Shown here piece by piece: positions 1 through 32,593 of a DNA stretch of 64,000 nucleotides; position 1 is the stretch's first letter, and the number at the start of each line of letters is the position of its first letter. The position numbers and the translations under genes are program-made. The DNA comes from the human T2T-CHM13v2.0 reference genome, Homo sapiens. The notes under the pieces are model-generated. The model was not told the DNA's origin. It worked only from the letters and a program-made list of their open reading frames with translations, and did not search any database. The DNA is taken from assembly GCF_009914755.1 (NCBI RefSeq), contig NC_060931.1. The stretch is one strand, 5' to 3'.

Positions 1-379
<379 letters not shown>

Positions 380-793
380 TAAAAAACATATGCTCCACTT
401 GTTGATGCTAGCACTGGCCACACCTTCCACCTGCCTTCCTGGAGTTCTCAGAAATGAAGTGTCCCAGCTGAGCTGGAAAGAGTTGGAGTGATGTTATGTT
501 TTATCTTCTGTGGGGAATCTCCCCCTTCTATCATTGTCTTGCCAGATAAGGTTACCTGGCTTCTATGTGTTGTAGGAACAGGTGAAGAACAAGGTGCCTC
601 CATGCCAGAGGCTGCATGGCAGCCCAGCCCCACCGTGCCGGCCTGCGTGCTGGCTGTGGTCCCTCAGGCTTGTGTGCTGTTGGTACCTTTCTCACCAGTC
701 TGGCAGTCAGTGATCCCTGTTGCATGGGGGCCATGGTAGTAGTTTTGGCTACTTCTGTTTGTTAACCATAGGTACAACACAAAGCATTTGTAA

Positions 794-1045
<252 letters not shown>

Positions 1046-2287
1046 TGACGGTCATGCTTGTATCCACCAGACACTCTTGAGTTTATAAGACACAGCCACA
1101 CAAACACCTTAGTAGTTGATTATCCCACCCATTGTCTTGTCTATGCTGATAAATTTAATAATTGGATAACTGAAAACCCAGATTCTGTCTGCTGACCCCA
1201 GTTTATTTTTTTCTGTAGTAGCAATGCCACCTTCTTTCTCTCGAAGACTTGGCTGTGTGAGTAGTATGTGCTGCTCCACCAGAAGAGGGTTAAAGAGCTG
1301 GGAGAAAACTCACATCTCCTGTAGTTTGCAGTTGAAAAGAGTTACCTGGTCAAGGCCATGACCTTGCAGGTCTAACAGTCACCGCCTAGAATTCAGACCA
1401 TGTGTTTGAGGCTCATCATTGGGTCTCAAAGGCCTGAGGCCAAAATACTGTGCATAAACCATGTGACGTGCATAAGTTGATTTTTAATCCCTCCCCTAAA
1501 ATGAAAATATATGAATAAAAAGGTATAAAGCCATGAGGTCAGAGAGAATAGGAAAGGAGACAACAGTGGATGAGGTGGTCCGTAAACATGGAAGAAGGAA
1601 ACCGCTGAGGGTGAGATGAGTTAGAGCTAATGCAGCCAGACCCGAGTTCCTGCAGAGGACCCAGAGTCCAGGGGGCTCAGGAGGGGCATGGGGCAGTTCG
1701 AATGTCCATGGGAGGGATTTCCACTCTCACCTGGCTCAGCCAGATGATTAACTCATCCCCACCCACTGGAAGATGGGGCTTTGGACGTGCAGAAACCTGG
1801 TACAGGGGCAGGTGGGGAGAGACCAAGACAGAAGATAAGGAAGTCAAGTCAAAGCCTGTATGTGGAATGGAGAGAATTCCCAATTCCTTTTTCTTTCAAG
1901 CTTCTAGAATGCCTGCAACCAGGCCTTTCCCACAAAGGAATTCTTGGAAGGGTGCTCATTGGGGAAGTTAAGCAGCCCCTACTGGCCCTTGGGGTTACCC
2001 AACCAACCAGCCTGAATAAACTCCAACAGTCAGGACTCCCGCCAGGCATCCGACGTCTGTCAGCTTTTTGGAGCCTCATTTCAAACACAGGCAGCTGAGT
2101 ATAAGTACACATTTGAGGACAACTTTCAACCTAAAGGCAGAGCTCAAGACAAATACACAAACATGAATAAACAGCAACAATGCAGAAAATAGGGGAAGAA
2201 ATGTAAAAGTATATAATATTTTCAGAAAGATAAGAGGAAATATTGTTGACAGTGACAACAGGATTCTACTTTTAAATAAAAAGGTGA

Positions 2288-3585
<1,298 letters not shown>

Positions 3586-4574
3586 AAGGGCAAACCAAGA
3601 ATAGGAAGACACGGATTCATAGCCCAAGGGGTCTGCCAGGGAAAGGAACAAAGATAATTCCCAGGATGACAGGAAAGTGAAGTCCCAGGAAATTAATCTA
3701 AGAAACAGGCCACAGAAGCTCTGGGATAAGTAAGTATAGACTATATGTTTGGGTAGAATAATGTATTGAGAAGTTGCTGAAGAAATAGAATAGTACATAG
3801 AAACAAAGCAAATAGAGGTGTGGAGGAATTGATAATAAATCATTAAAAATGAAAACTTAAATGTTGGAAACTCCTGTTTCTGGGAAGATGAAGTAGACAT
3901 TCTTTTCCCTATTCTTCTAGTTAAGTGCATCTAAAATCTAAAATCCTTGGACACTATATGCAATAACGTAAGAACACTCTGAAAGGTAAAGAGAACGCAG
4001 ACCACCCAGGACCCAGAAAATGACCCAGTAGTGATTTCTTCAGGTTGTCTTTTTGCCTCATGTAGCCCAGACTATGAGCCGAAGAAACTGGCAGCCCAGA
4101 AACACCAACAGGTACAGACAGAACCCCCTGCCAAAGCCAGCTCCTTCTGACCAAAGGACCAGGAAAGGGGCAGCCTAGCACAAAACAGAGAATATTTAGA
4201 CAACTGCTCAGTGCAAACCAAACATGATAGAAAGGACTGTGGTCCTACCTCTGTGCCTGCTACCAGAGGCTAAGTGAGGGCCACTTACTCCTCCAGAGAA
4301 AGTTGAATAGGGACCATGGACTTTTATCCCTGTTGGGCAGTAACAAACCCCTAAGGAACCTTGTGTGGTTCTGGAGTGTTAGTGGAGACCACATTGGGTG
4401 GGGCAGTAATGAGGCCCTCCTATTCCTTCCAACCAGGGAAGAATCAGTGGAAGCCACATGGGGAACCAGAACTCTTATCATACCCAGCAGTAACGAGGAA
4501 GGAGCCCTCCACGCAGGAGGCCAAGTAGGGAATCTGACCTTTGACCCCTACTTGGTGGTAAAGGTGGTGTTGTC

Positions 4575-5856
<1,282 letters not shown>

Positions 5857-6119
5857 AATATTTTCTGACTCATTTTGTAAGGGCAGTATTGCCCTGATAC
5901 CAAACCAGACAAAAAACAGTGCAAAATTAAAAGAAATAACAGACACCAATACAAACATAAAATTCCTCAGGAAACTATTAGGTAACATATTCAGCAATAT
6001 AGAAAAAATTATACCTACTGTGGCTGTGAGAATAAACAACAAAAAAATTATACACCGTGAACAAGTGGAGTTTGTTCTGAGGATGCAAGGCTGGTTTGAT
6101 ACTTGAAAATGTAATCCAT

Positions 6120-7977
<1,858 letters not shown>

Positions 7978-8100
7978 AAAATGTAATCCATCATATTAAC
8001 AAGCTAAAGAAGAAAAATCACATAATTATATCAATCAGTGGCAGAAAGTTTATTTGACAAAATTCAGCACCCATTCTTGATTAAAAACTCAGACAAATGG

Positions 8101-8482
<382 letters not shown>

Positions 8483-9965
8483 TTAAAAAATGAAACACGG
8501 GTATAAATCTTACAAAACATGAATAAGATTTGTATGCTGAAAACTATAGAACACTGATGAAAGAAATCAAAGATCTGAATAAGTGGAGAGACACACTGAA
8601 TTCATGGATTGGAAGACTCAACCTAATTAGTATGTTACTTGTCCCTAAGTTGATATAAATGGACCAACTCCTTGAAAAGCACAAACTACTACTACAAGTC
8701 ATCCAATATGAAATAATTTGAATAGCTTGTAACTATTAAAAGTGAATTCTACAATTCCTATCAAAATTTCAGCAAGAATTTTTTGTAGATATAAACAAGA
8801 CTATTCTTAAAGTGCAGTGGCACGATCTTAAATTTCAAGCTATTCTTGAAATTTAAATGGAGAGGCAAAATAAGTAGAATAGCTAAAAATAATTTTGAAA
8901 AAGAAGAAAATGAGAAGAGTCAGCCTGCCTGATTTCAAGATAGATCATACTGCTATCACAATCAAGACTGTGGTATCTGCAGAGGGACTGACACAGAGAT
9001 CAGGGGAGCAAAATGAACTAGAAACAGATTCACACATATATGCCCAGCTGATTCTTGACAAAGGTTCATAAGCAATTCAGTGGAGAAGGGATAGGATAGC
9101 CTTTTAACAAATGGTGCTGGAGCAGTTGGACATTTGTAGGCAAAAATTGAACCTTGCCCTGAATTTCACAACTTAAACACAAAAATTAACTCAAAATGGA
9201 TCATAGGCTTAAATATAAAATACAACTTCTAGGATAAAACATAGAAAATCTTCAGGATGCAGGGCTACGCAGAGTTCTGAGACTTGATACCTAAAGCATA
9301 ATTCATAAAAGAAAAAACTGATAAACTGGACTTCATCAAAATTTAAAACTCTTGCTCTATAAAAGACAATGAAAACATATGCTACAGACTGAGAGGAGAT
9401 ATTTTTAAACCACATATCTGACAGAGGGTTGGTATCTACAGTATATAAAGAACTCTCAAAACTCAACAGTAAAACAAACAATCCGATTAAGACATAAGCA
9501 AAAGACAGGAGGAGATACTTCAATGAAGAGGATATACAGATGGCAGTAAGCACATGAAAATATGCTCAGCATCATTAGCCATCAGGGAAATGCACATTAA
9601 AACCATAATGAGCTGCCAATACACACCTAACAGAATGTTTAAAAAAAGTAGAACACGAGATGCTGGAGAAGATGTGGAGGAACTGGACCCCTCATTCATT
9701 GCTGGTAGGGATGTAAAATGGTACCGCCACTCTAGAAAGCAGTCTGGCAGTTTCTTCAAATCTCCACGTGCAACTACGAACAACTTGGCAATTGCACTCC
9801 TAGGCATTTATCCCAGGGAAATGAAAATTTATGTTCACATGAAAACCTGCCTACTAATATTCAAAACAGTTGTATTCATAGTAGCCCAAAACTGGAAACA
9901 ACTCCATGTCCTTTGGTGGATAAATGGTTAAACAAAATGAGGTCCATCCATGCCACAGAAGACTA

Positions 9966-10277
<312 letters not shown>

Positions 10278-11111
10278 TTAGGGTTTGCTAGGGGTGGAGA
10301 GAAGTAGGTGTGCCTATAAAGGGCAACAGGAGGGGTCCTCACAGTGATGGGTGCTCTGGCTGTGTTTACATCCATGTCCTGGTGTGATGTGCTGTAGTTC
10401 TGCAAGATGTCACTGCTGGGGGCAATAGGGTAAAGGGAGCGATGGATCTCCCTGTATCATTTCTTATAATAAGAGAATTTACAATTACCTTAAAATAAAA
10501 GTTTAATTATAAAGAAATTGCAATTTGACTACTACTTGGCATGTCAGTGAGAGAATGTAGATAATAAAATGATGTAAAAACTAAGTAATGATTAAGAAAA
10601 ATTATCTAAGTTGTAAGAAAAGAGAGGGAAAGTGGGAATGGTGATACAATTGGAAGTCAATATCTTAAATTGATAAGCAATAGGAATATAAGCCCATTAT
10701 TTAGAAAAATGGCTCTAGATCCTAGAAGAATCAGAAGACTTCAGTGTGGCTGCCTCTTGGAAGTGGTTTGTGGATGGGGTTGTCCCAGTTAGTAAAGGAG
10801 ATTGTTGTTTTTTTGTTTTACAATTTTTTGAACTTTATTTGCCTTTTTAAACTGTATACATTTCATAAAATAAAAACAATCACAATAATAAAATCCACCA
10901 GTGATAGGAGACATTTAATCCCACATACTCCAGTGTGGTGTTTATGGGAAGTATTTTGTTTTTAGAATGAACATTAATGAACAAGTTGAGAGGGATTTAA
11001 TAGTAGCTTCTGTTTTGGAATGCTTACTGTGTGCAGCAACACTATTTAACATTTTAAATATATTTTTCTCATTTAATCTTCACAAAACCTTCATAAAGTA
11101 GAAACATTCCT

Positions 11112-11846
<735 letters not shown>

Positions 11847-12377
11847 TATTATTTATTTTTATCTAATTGAATATGTAATTTATGTACATGGTTCAAAATT
11901 CAAATGATAACAGAGATTCTTGGTGAAAAGAAATCATGTGCACCCTCCGTGGGAGGAATTGCTGACACCAGCTTCTTGTGTCTTTACAGTCTGTCCATAT
12001 ATGAGCTTACACATGCATTTGTTTCCCAAATGATTACACGGTATACACTGTTTGCACCTTGCTTTTTACACTGAACAGTGTATCTTGATTTATCGCCGAG
12101 TGTTCACATTAGCACACATAAAACTGCCTCGTCCATTTTAATGGTTGCATGATATTCCATTAGATAGCTGTGTCATATTCTATTTAACCAGTGATTTATT
12201 AATACATATTTAATTTATTTTCAACTGTTATGTATGTTTTACTGTACCTATAGGATAAATTACAAAAGTGGAGTTTCTAGATCTAAGGCTAGGTTACTTT
12301 TTAATTTGACAGACATTTCCAAATTGCTCTTCATAAAGGGTTGAAGTCAGTGCATACGTGAGGACTCTGTGAGTGTG

Positions 12378-13094
12378 CAGGCGGCCCTGTACCTCTGCAG
12401 GTTCTTCACCTGAGTCAAGCAACTGTGGGTTGAAAGTATTCAAAAAAAGAACAATAAAAAAACCACTACAACAATAAAAAATAATACAAATTTAAAAAAT
12501 ACAGTGTAACAACTATTTACATAACATTTACATTGTATTAGGTATAAGTAATCTAGAGATAATTTGAAGTACAGTCTTGGCCATATAACAACATATTGGT
12601 CAACGACAGACCACACATATGACAATGGTCCCATGAGATTATAAGGGAGCTAAAAAATTTCCATTGCCTAGTGACATAGCTGTCTTAACATTGTAGCACA
12701 ACGCATCACCTTTTCTGCGTTTGAATGTATTTAGAGTCACAAATACTTACTATTGTGTTACAGTTGCCTGCCTGCAGTATTCATACATTAACATGCTGTA
12801 CAGGTTGTAGCCTGGGAGCAATACCATATAGCCTAGGTGTGTAGTGGGCTATAATGTACCATCTGAGTTTGTGTAATTACACTCTGTGATGTTCACTCAA
12901 TGATGAAATTGCCTAATGACATATTTCTCAGAATGTATCTCTGTTGTCGAGTGATGCATGACTGTTACACAGGAGGAGTGTAGGTTATGTGCAACTAATA
13001 CTGCCATATTGTATGAGGAACTTGAACATCTGCAGATTTTGGTATCCCAAGAGGCTCCTGGAACCAAGCCCCAGCAGATACTGAGGGACAACTG
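12378..13094 (-). mobile_element. MER2 (TcMar-Tigger MITE), split by a nested element
   Basis: reverse complement resembles MER2 (gattttggtatcc...ctcctggaaccaa...tgagggacaactg). Confidence 0.75.
12572..12964 (+). mobile_element. Tigger3/Golem-family MITE nested in MER2
   Basis: TA|cagtc...ggtcaacgacagacc...ggtcccatgagattataa start and gatgcatgactg end. Confidence 0.75.
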
Positions 13095-13599
13095 TACCTG
13101 TTTCTCCACCCTCTGAGGAACGCAGTGTTTATTCATACTTTTTGGTCTTTGCCAGTCTGATATTCTTAAAATGTTTTCTCATTATAGTTTGTACTTATAA
13201 GTGAGGTTGAGTGTCTTTCAAATGGTCAAAAGTCAGGTCTCTTTCAGACTACCTTTCTAGATCCATTGCCCATTTTTTCTGTTGGGTTATTGCTTCTTTT
13301 CTTATATCTTTGCAGTAGCTCTCAGTGTGTCGGGTAAGTTAGTCCTCTGCTGTAAAGTTAGTTTTAAATGTTTTCCCCTAGTTTGTCATTTGTCTTTGTT
13401 CATCATTGTCTTCAATTGGTTCTCTTGCAGCAGAGCCTGAAACTGGGGATCATGTTCCACTGATCTGTAAAGGGCATGCTCAAGAGAAAGAGTGAAGTGG
13501 GTAGGGTAGGGCAGAGGGGAAAGATGCCTGAAAATCATAGACTCGGGTTAATTTCAACCTGATCATGCTCTAAAGCCTAGAATGCCACAGCTCGGTGAA

Positions 13600-16900
<3,301 letters not shown>

Positions 16901-17779
16901 AAGAATTTGAGGACTAAGGTTCTCAAAGGCATTTACCCAGCTATCCCCATCCCAAATCTCAGAATCCTGTTCCTTCCCTGTTAGGGCCCAGACCCTGCCA
17001 CGGGAACTTTATCAATCAAGGCCAATAAAGAGAAGTTATGGGGAGACTGATTTAGGATCAATATTAAAAAAAAAAACACTTATATCTTGTCAGAAGTTGT
17101 TTTTAGAAGAATTTTCTGTTTAGAGCCAACTCCCCTACCCCACCCCCTAGACAAGGTGCTTGAGGAGGTGGTGAGCCTGCCAGCGTGGAGCTGTGTGGTT
17201 GGCAGTCAGGCAAGGGTGTGTGAGAGGCCACCTGGCCATACCGTCTTCTTTCACTAATCCCAGAACTGATGGAGCTGATGGCTGGCTGGTCAGATGTCCC
17301 CTTGCTCTCTCACTGCTTCACCGTGGTCCTCTCTCTTGTAGCTGTGCTCTTGGCTTGCTGGGACAGTGGGTGTGGGCTGGGCATGGCATTGCCATAGGGG
17401 CACTGGGTGTTGGCCAGGGGACACCCAGGAGACAGGGTTCCCCAGGGCAGATGGGGAGCCCATTTTGAGAACTGTCCAGGAGGCATACATACCGTATCCT
17501 ATTCAGATATTAGAACAAGGATTAGAGCTGTACTTTTTCTTTATTGACAAAAGTTGTTTTCCTACTATAAATATTTCACAGTGAAAAAAATCTCAAATGA
17601 GTAAAGATTCATCCCTATAGGAAGAAAGTAGAATCGTGAATCCTCTTTAGAGATCTGTGAGCCTGAGTTTTTGAAGCATCATGGCCAGATTTTGGATAAC
17701 ACCAAAGAAAAGCAAGATAATGATGGTGATGTCGTGTCACCCCAGCCACAGGGAGGCCAGGGAGAATTCCTGTACAATT

Positions 17780-17949
17780 CTGTAAACATAATTCCGGGGT
17801 ACTTTTGTTTCAGCAAAGCACTTGACATATGACCCCATCTTAGTCAGTATTTTTTATTACCCTTTTGAGAACAGAGAATAATATTTGTGGATGATACAAA
17901 ACTAGGAGGGATAGCAAATGAAATTGAATAAAGCTAATTAGATGAAATT

Positions 17950-17950
<1 letters not shown>
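17780..17950 (+). mobile_element. CR1/L3 LINE RT fragment
   Basis: ttcagcaaagcacttgac (FSKALD) and FVDDTKLGGIAN, resembling CR1 RT motifs FSKAFD and FADDTKLGG. Confidence 0.6.
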
Positions 17951-20140
<2,190 letters not shown>

Positions 20141-20769
20141 AATAGTTGAAATTTATTACTGATAAATGTAAGCAGTATCTACATTTGGTTTATATGAGCA
20201 GATAGGAAGAGGATGGAAAGGCCTCAGCTAAGGGCAGGTCTGTGGAAACATTCCAAAATGTTCACTGATGACAGGCTAAGGATGAGCCAGTACTTGGATG
20301 TGCTGCTTATTTGTTCTGAAACTGCTCTAATTATCAGAAGGGTCTTACCAGCACTATAGAGATTGGGGAAGCCAATACATACTTTTGCATTCTTCCCTCC
20401 CCACTTCCATCCTCACCTTATGAAATATAAAACTTCTTGGAATAACTATACATTTCCTTATGGAGCTGCCCAGCACACGCAATTCTGAAGTTTAGGTTGC
20501 CCATCTGACTAAGCCCAAGATGAACTTGTATTTGCCACCGTGCCCTGAGTGTGCTTCAGCCAGTTACTCTTCTGCCTGTTTCCTGCTCCATCCAGTGAGA
20601 AGGCTACATTGCATAGCAAGCAGCAGGTAGACTGACTCACGTCACCGTGTTTACGTTGCTTGGATTCGGAAATCTCCAGAGTGACCTCCTTGCTTGGTTC
20701 CCAGTCAGAGAGGTCATCTGTCAGCAAAGACAGTTTCCCAACCTTTATACTTTTTGTTTCCTTCTCTTG

Positions 20770-24810
<4,041 letters not shown>

Positions 24811-25069
24811 AATAGAGAACTTAACTGTGTGAGGTAATGAACAACTGAGAAATGTTGAGTGCAAGAAGCCTGTTCTTGGGAAGAATCAGCAACCCATTTT
24901 AAAAAACAGAAACATTGAAAATGTTATGGTGGTTGGTAAGATGCAGGCAGGAGCACAGCAGGTACAGTGCTGCTGCCCACAGCCTTCTACACCTGAGGCC
25001 CTGCATTATGGAGGTTTGCTAAGCCAAGTGCCTCATGGCCATGTGTGACCAAAAAAACCTTTTTACTAA

Positions 25070-26045
25070 ATGTTTTGTGCTGCTATAACAGATACCACAG
25101 ACTGGGAAATTTATAATGAATAGATATTTCTAGGCTGTGCATGGTGCCTCACACCTGTAATCCCAGCACTTTGGGAAGCTGCGGTGAGCAGATTGCTTAA
25201 GTCCAAGAGTTCGAGACCAGCCTGGGCTACATGGCAAAACCCTGTCTCTACAAAAATTAGCCAGGCGTGGTGACACACACCTGTAGTACCAGCTACTCAG
25301 GAGGCTAAGGTGGGACAATTGCTTTGAGCCTGGGAGGCAGAGGTTGCAGTGAGCCAAGATCACGCCTCTGCACCCCAGCCTGTGTGATAGAGTGAGACCC
25401 TGTCTCAAAAAAAAAAAAAAATCGTATCGTTCTGGAGGCTAGGAGGTTTAAGGTTGAAGGGCACAGCTGGTGAGGGGCTGCATCTGCATCTTATGTTATC
25501 CCAGGGCGAAAGGTGGAAGGGCAGGAGAGGGAAGGGGGTCAAATTCATCCTTTCATCAGGAACCTGCTCCTGAGATAACAAACCCTCTCCCAGGATAACA
25601 GCATTAATGTGCTCACAAGGGCAGAGCTCTCGTGGCCTAATCAGCTCTTTTCTTTCTTTTTTTTTTTTGAGATGGAGTTTTGCTCTTGTTGCCCAGGCTG
25701 GAGTATAATGGCGCAGTCTTGGCTCACCACAACCTCCGCCTCCCGGGTTCAAGCAATTATCCTGCCTCAGCCTCCTGAGTAGCTGAGATTACAGGCATGC
25801 ACCACCACGTCCAGCTAATTTTGTATTTTTAGTAGAGACGGGGTTTCTCCATGTTGGTCAGGCTGGTTTCGAACTCCCAACCTCAGGTGATCTGCCCACC
25901 TTAGCCTCCCAAAGTGCTGGGATTACAGGCGTGAGCCACCGCACCTGGCCTAATCACCTCTTAAAGGCCCCACCCTTAACACTGTTGCATGTGGGGACTA
26001 AGTTTCCAGCACATGCTTTTTGGGGGACACATTGAAACCATAGCA
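25070..26045 (-). mobile_element. MaLR LTR (MST/MLT1A-like) split by two Alus (25133-25421 +, 25648-25950 -)
   Basis: gctgctataacagataccacagactggg...ggggacacattgaaaccatagca termini. Confidence 0.75.
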
Positions 26046-26349
26046 CTTCATTTCTCTATTTATGCTCATTTCTCAGCTATGTTGACCTTTGCAATTGAGG
26101 AAGTTTATTTTTTAGTGAAGTTGTGCATGATGCCATTGTTTTCAGTTTCCCCAGCAGTGACGAGAAAACCCTGACCATCCCTGTTTTAGAATACAGATTC
26201 TACCAAAACTAGTAGTTTTGGTACTAGTAGTTTGGGATACTCATTGCAGGACTTTTGATGATGACCTTCACTGTAGAATAGTAGGAGATGGGGCAGCACT
26301 GTCCTCAGCCAGTAGAGATTTCTGTAAGAACCCAGGACTCTCTTCCTAG

Positions 26350-26595
<246 letters not shown>

Positions 26596-26744
26596 TAACC
26601 CTGTGCACTAGCCCTCAGCCCCCACCAGCCCTTGGTCCCTGTACTCTTGGCCTCGTGGCTGTGAGGAATGAGCCAGTCCCATCACATTATGGGTACACTT
26701 GGCTCTTGGCCATAAAGACTATTCCTTAGTATGGACATTAAGTT

Positions 26745-26920
26745 GATTCTTGACACTTGCTCCATGTGATTTTGGGCTGTTTCCAAAATTTACACTTTCA
26801 AGATATTTCAAACCATGTGCCGTAAGTCTGAATCTGAAGGCAGTTCCAGAAGAATCTCCCAAATGGTTTGAACACATTGGTGTCCCTGGAATAAGCACTG
26901 TTCTGAGGGGAATAACACTG
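26745..26920 (+). mobile_element. Mariner-like transposase C-terminal remnant (MARNA-like) in CCM2 intron 3
   Basis: translates LAPCDFGLFPK...LKAVPEE..KWFE, resembling the mariner DLAPCDFxLFPKLK motif. Confidence 0.6.
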
Positions 26921-26921
26921 A

Positions 26922-27260
<339 letters not shown>

Positions 27261-28868
27261 TAAGGAGTACATGTGTGAATTTTATGAAGTTCTGGAGACA
27301 GTTTTTGCAGCTTCGTGTTGGGTGCTGCTGTTTGTCACGACCAATAATTGTCTTTCCTGTCTCTGAGATCAGCCAGAAGAGGGCTTGAGATCAGTTACCA
27401 GACACTGGGGGTGACTGTCACACTAAGAGCCTTTGGGGACTCAATAATACTGGGATACAGTATTTAGGACTGGTATCCTGTTCCTCTGCCCGGTGGGGCT
27501 CCTATTGACTCCCTCTGGGTACAGTGGAGTTGCCCCTCTGCCCAGGTGTGGTGGAGCCTAGAGAGAGTGCAGTGGATAGGGACCTCACCTCAGCTTGACT
27601 GACATTTTGAGCTCTGCACAGTGTCCTCAAACCTGGGACAGAAAAGATGAGACCCAGACCTCCCAGGAGCTCTTGGTCATAGAGGTTACTCTCTGTGTGT
27701 CCTTGCCGTCTGCTGCTTTCACAATGGGATAGAATTGGGCAGAATGTTATTTTTGGCTGTGGTGAGTACAGTGCTGCCTCACTGGACCCAAGCCCAAGCT
27801 GCCCGTTAATTTCCAGCAGCTTCCAGCCCAGGCATTCAGGCCACTGAGGATGAGGGGAGAGACCATGGTTCGCCCTACCTGTATTTTGCCCCTCCCAGTC
27901 CTGAGTTTCGAGGCTGGTGTTGCAGTGGGGACAGTATCCTGGGCTCCTTGGATCTCTGCTGGTGACTGGGTTGATCCCAAAGCCTTTCATTTCCAGAGGG
28001 CCAGTGGCAGGGTGTGAAGGGGTCACAGTGGGTCTGCCTAGACCACACACTGTGTTTTAGGTAGCAGAGAGGGGAAGTTGTTGTTCCACTTAAGGTCAGT
28101 AGTTCATTGAGAATCTGGCGAGTGTGTTCATTATTGACCCCTTGAGCCATGAAGCTGCCAGCTTGAGTGTGCTCTTGAGAGCAGTCCACTGAAAGCCTGT
28201 GAGTCTAGATGCTTGGGGTTGCTGTGGTCATAAACTACACAGGGAACACTGGCGGGGTTTATGAAGGTGGCTGTTGCTCTGTTTTGTTCTCTGTGTAGCA
28301 GTAGCTTAGACTTGCGTACACCCTCCCCAACGCAGGCACACACCACACCTACACACATGTACATTACTCACCCTATCTGGCTTAGAAGGCTGGGTTGGTG
28401 GCTCCTTCCAGCCATACTATCCGACACCATGGTGACCCTCCTGTTTTTCTACCTTTGGACCCTGCGGGAGGCCTTAGGCCTGGGACATCCTTAGGGACAA
28501 GGAGTGAGGAGACTGGTTTCTGACTCGCTTCTTGCAGGTGTTTCAAGCTGGTAGGGAGGGGAGATAGGCTCCTCCCTTTATTTCTTCTGCTGCATGACAG
28601 TTTCTCAGCTTTAATTATTAGAACACATTGCTAAAGGAAATGGATGACAGATTTTTTTTAATGGAGAGAGAATGAGCGCCATAGGAGAAACTTTCCAAAA
28701 TTAGATGAAAAACAGGACTTCTGGTCTTTGAGAGAACTTTTGATTTAAAGGAAGAGAGTGAATCCCTGTGTCCTGGGGGCCATCTTCCTTGTTTTTGTGG
28801 ATGCACCGGAGCAGTTTTGTGTCCCCTGTGTTACATAAGGTGTGCTGTGTTTATTTTTTAATTTTTAA

Positions 28869-29018
<150 letters not shown>

Positions 29019-29459
29019 TAGGATTAGGCATCCAGAGTTCTCAGCATAAGAGACTAGCAGGTGAATAGCTAACGTTTACTTGGTGCCTGCTATGTGCAAG
29101 CAAGTCTCTGTGCCTCTTTGGACCAAAAGTACGCTGGTATTTGGGATAGCACAGGAGTGGGGAAGTTGGGGGCCAGGTCTAGCTGCAATAGGGTCCATGT
29201 GGCAGGAGCTGCTTGGAGGGTGATGACTTGAGTTGGTGCCAGATGGGGCAGGGTCACCCGTGCACCCGTGGTAGCACTTCCTGGATGATATAGGAGAGGC
29301 ACACAACTCGCTGCCCGCATCCTTAGGCTGCCCACCCTGCTTCCTTGAGAACTACCACAGGCACACACCAGGGAGCCAACATTTAAAAATGTTTAAAAGG
29401 TAGAGATTTCTTACCAAACTCATACCAAAAAAAGAAAAAAAGTAAAGGGAAACCAGTAA

Positions 29460-30240
<781 letters not shown>

Positions 30241-30981
30241 CCCAGGAGTCTCACTGTGGGGTTTGAGGTACAGTTTCTTATGGAGCCCTTGTCTCTGTGC
30301 ATGCGCTAACTTTGCATGTGGCCTGGGACGGCCTTCTTCTCCCTCCTGAGGCTGGCCTGCCCTCTGACACCCTGGCACTAGTGGCACTTCTAGGTTTTGT
30401 TTTCAGTCTTGAAGTCCTCCCAGGGTGGTCCGAACTGATGGTGAGAGCCCTGCTTCCTGGGGATTGGCCTCACTTCTGCCATCAGGAAAACCACTGAGTT
30501 ACTCCATGTATTTCAGGAGAACCTCATTTGTCTAGGGAGGCGATGGGTAGGATGTTAGAAACAAGGGCACTGGGGTCTGACCGTCTAGATTGCCATGTGG
30601 ACAGTGCAACTCACACGCCCTCAGGCCAGGCCTTTCACTTTCCCATGCCTCAGTTTACCCATCTGTAAGAAGGGAACTCCCCAGAACACATGGAAACCTC
30701 CTGGAGGTGACTGTTCTCAGGGTTGTATATGTGGTCTGTTGTATATGAACTTGAAGCGTGTGAAACTGCAGGATGACATGCAGCTCTGGTGCCCTTGGAG
30801 CTCAGGGGTCGCGTGTTCCCACCCTTGTTTAGAGAAGCGAAGTGTGTCTGGTGCAGGCCCTTCACCTGAGTCGTTCTGTGGGTGCCTGAGCCAGGTAAAG
30901 GTCCTCTCAGCCTGTTTCCATGGCGGCCTCAGCTGTTTCCTCAAGTGCCCCCATGCCTGCCCTTCCACTGTGCTAAACTGA

Positions 30982-31575
<594 letters not shown>

Positions 31576-31762
31576 TAAGGACTGTGCTTGCAGATTCCTC
31601 ACAACCTGGAAGAGCCAAGGGCTGGGCCCTTGTAGGCTAGGATTTGGGGCCCCCTCAGCCACCCAATAGCTGTGGGGCCTTGGCAGTCACTTAACACCTT
31701 TGTTTAATTTCCATATCTGTAAAATGGATGCTAGTGACCACCCACCTTAAATATCCTCTAAT

Positions 31763-31955
31763 GAGCATTTCTCAGTGTTGGTGCTACTGTCATTTTTAGC
31801 CGGATAATTTTCCATTGTGGGAGGCTGCCCTGTGCATTGTAGGGTGTTGAGCAGCATCCCAGCTTCTCCCCTTGTGACAGCTGAAAATGTCTCCAGATAT
31901 TGCTACATGTCCCCTGGGAGGGGTACAAAAGTTGCCCCAGTTGAGAGCCTCTGCT
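31763..31955 (-). mobile_element. MER20 (hAT-Charlie)
   Basis: gccctgtgcattgtagggtgttgagcagcatccc...tgtctccagatattgc...gttgagagcctctg. Confidence 0.75.
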
Positions 31956-32356
31956 TTAGACAGCACACTGTTATAAAACTGTTTTATAGCTGTTAGAAAC
32001 GCCTCCAGGTGGGCTGTGATACTGATGGTATCTCCTCTCACCTCTTTCCTGGGCTGGGATAGGGTTGTGAGGGTGTTGATAGGTCAGGTTAATGGAAAGA
32101 AGACGTTGGACTGGCAGCTAACACTTGTGCCCTGCACAGTCCCCTCACACTTGCAATACCACCCCTGGGCCACATGGCAGTCCTAGATAGAGTCCTGGGG
32201 CAGTTGGCTGGGTCTCTCTTTTGACACCCCTTTGGGTCAGTGAAAGGCAGAGGGACACATTCTGGTATCCACTCTTCATTCATGTTTATTGAGCATCTGG
32301 GCTGCCCCAGGTATCCTGGAAGCCGCCTGGGAAGGCGCAGTCTCCAGCCAGACTGA

Positions 32357-32593
<237 letters not shown>

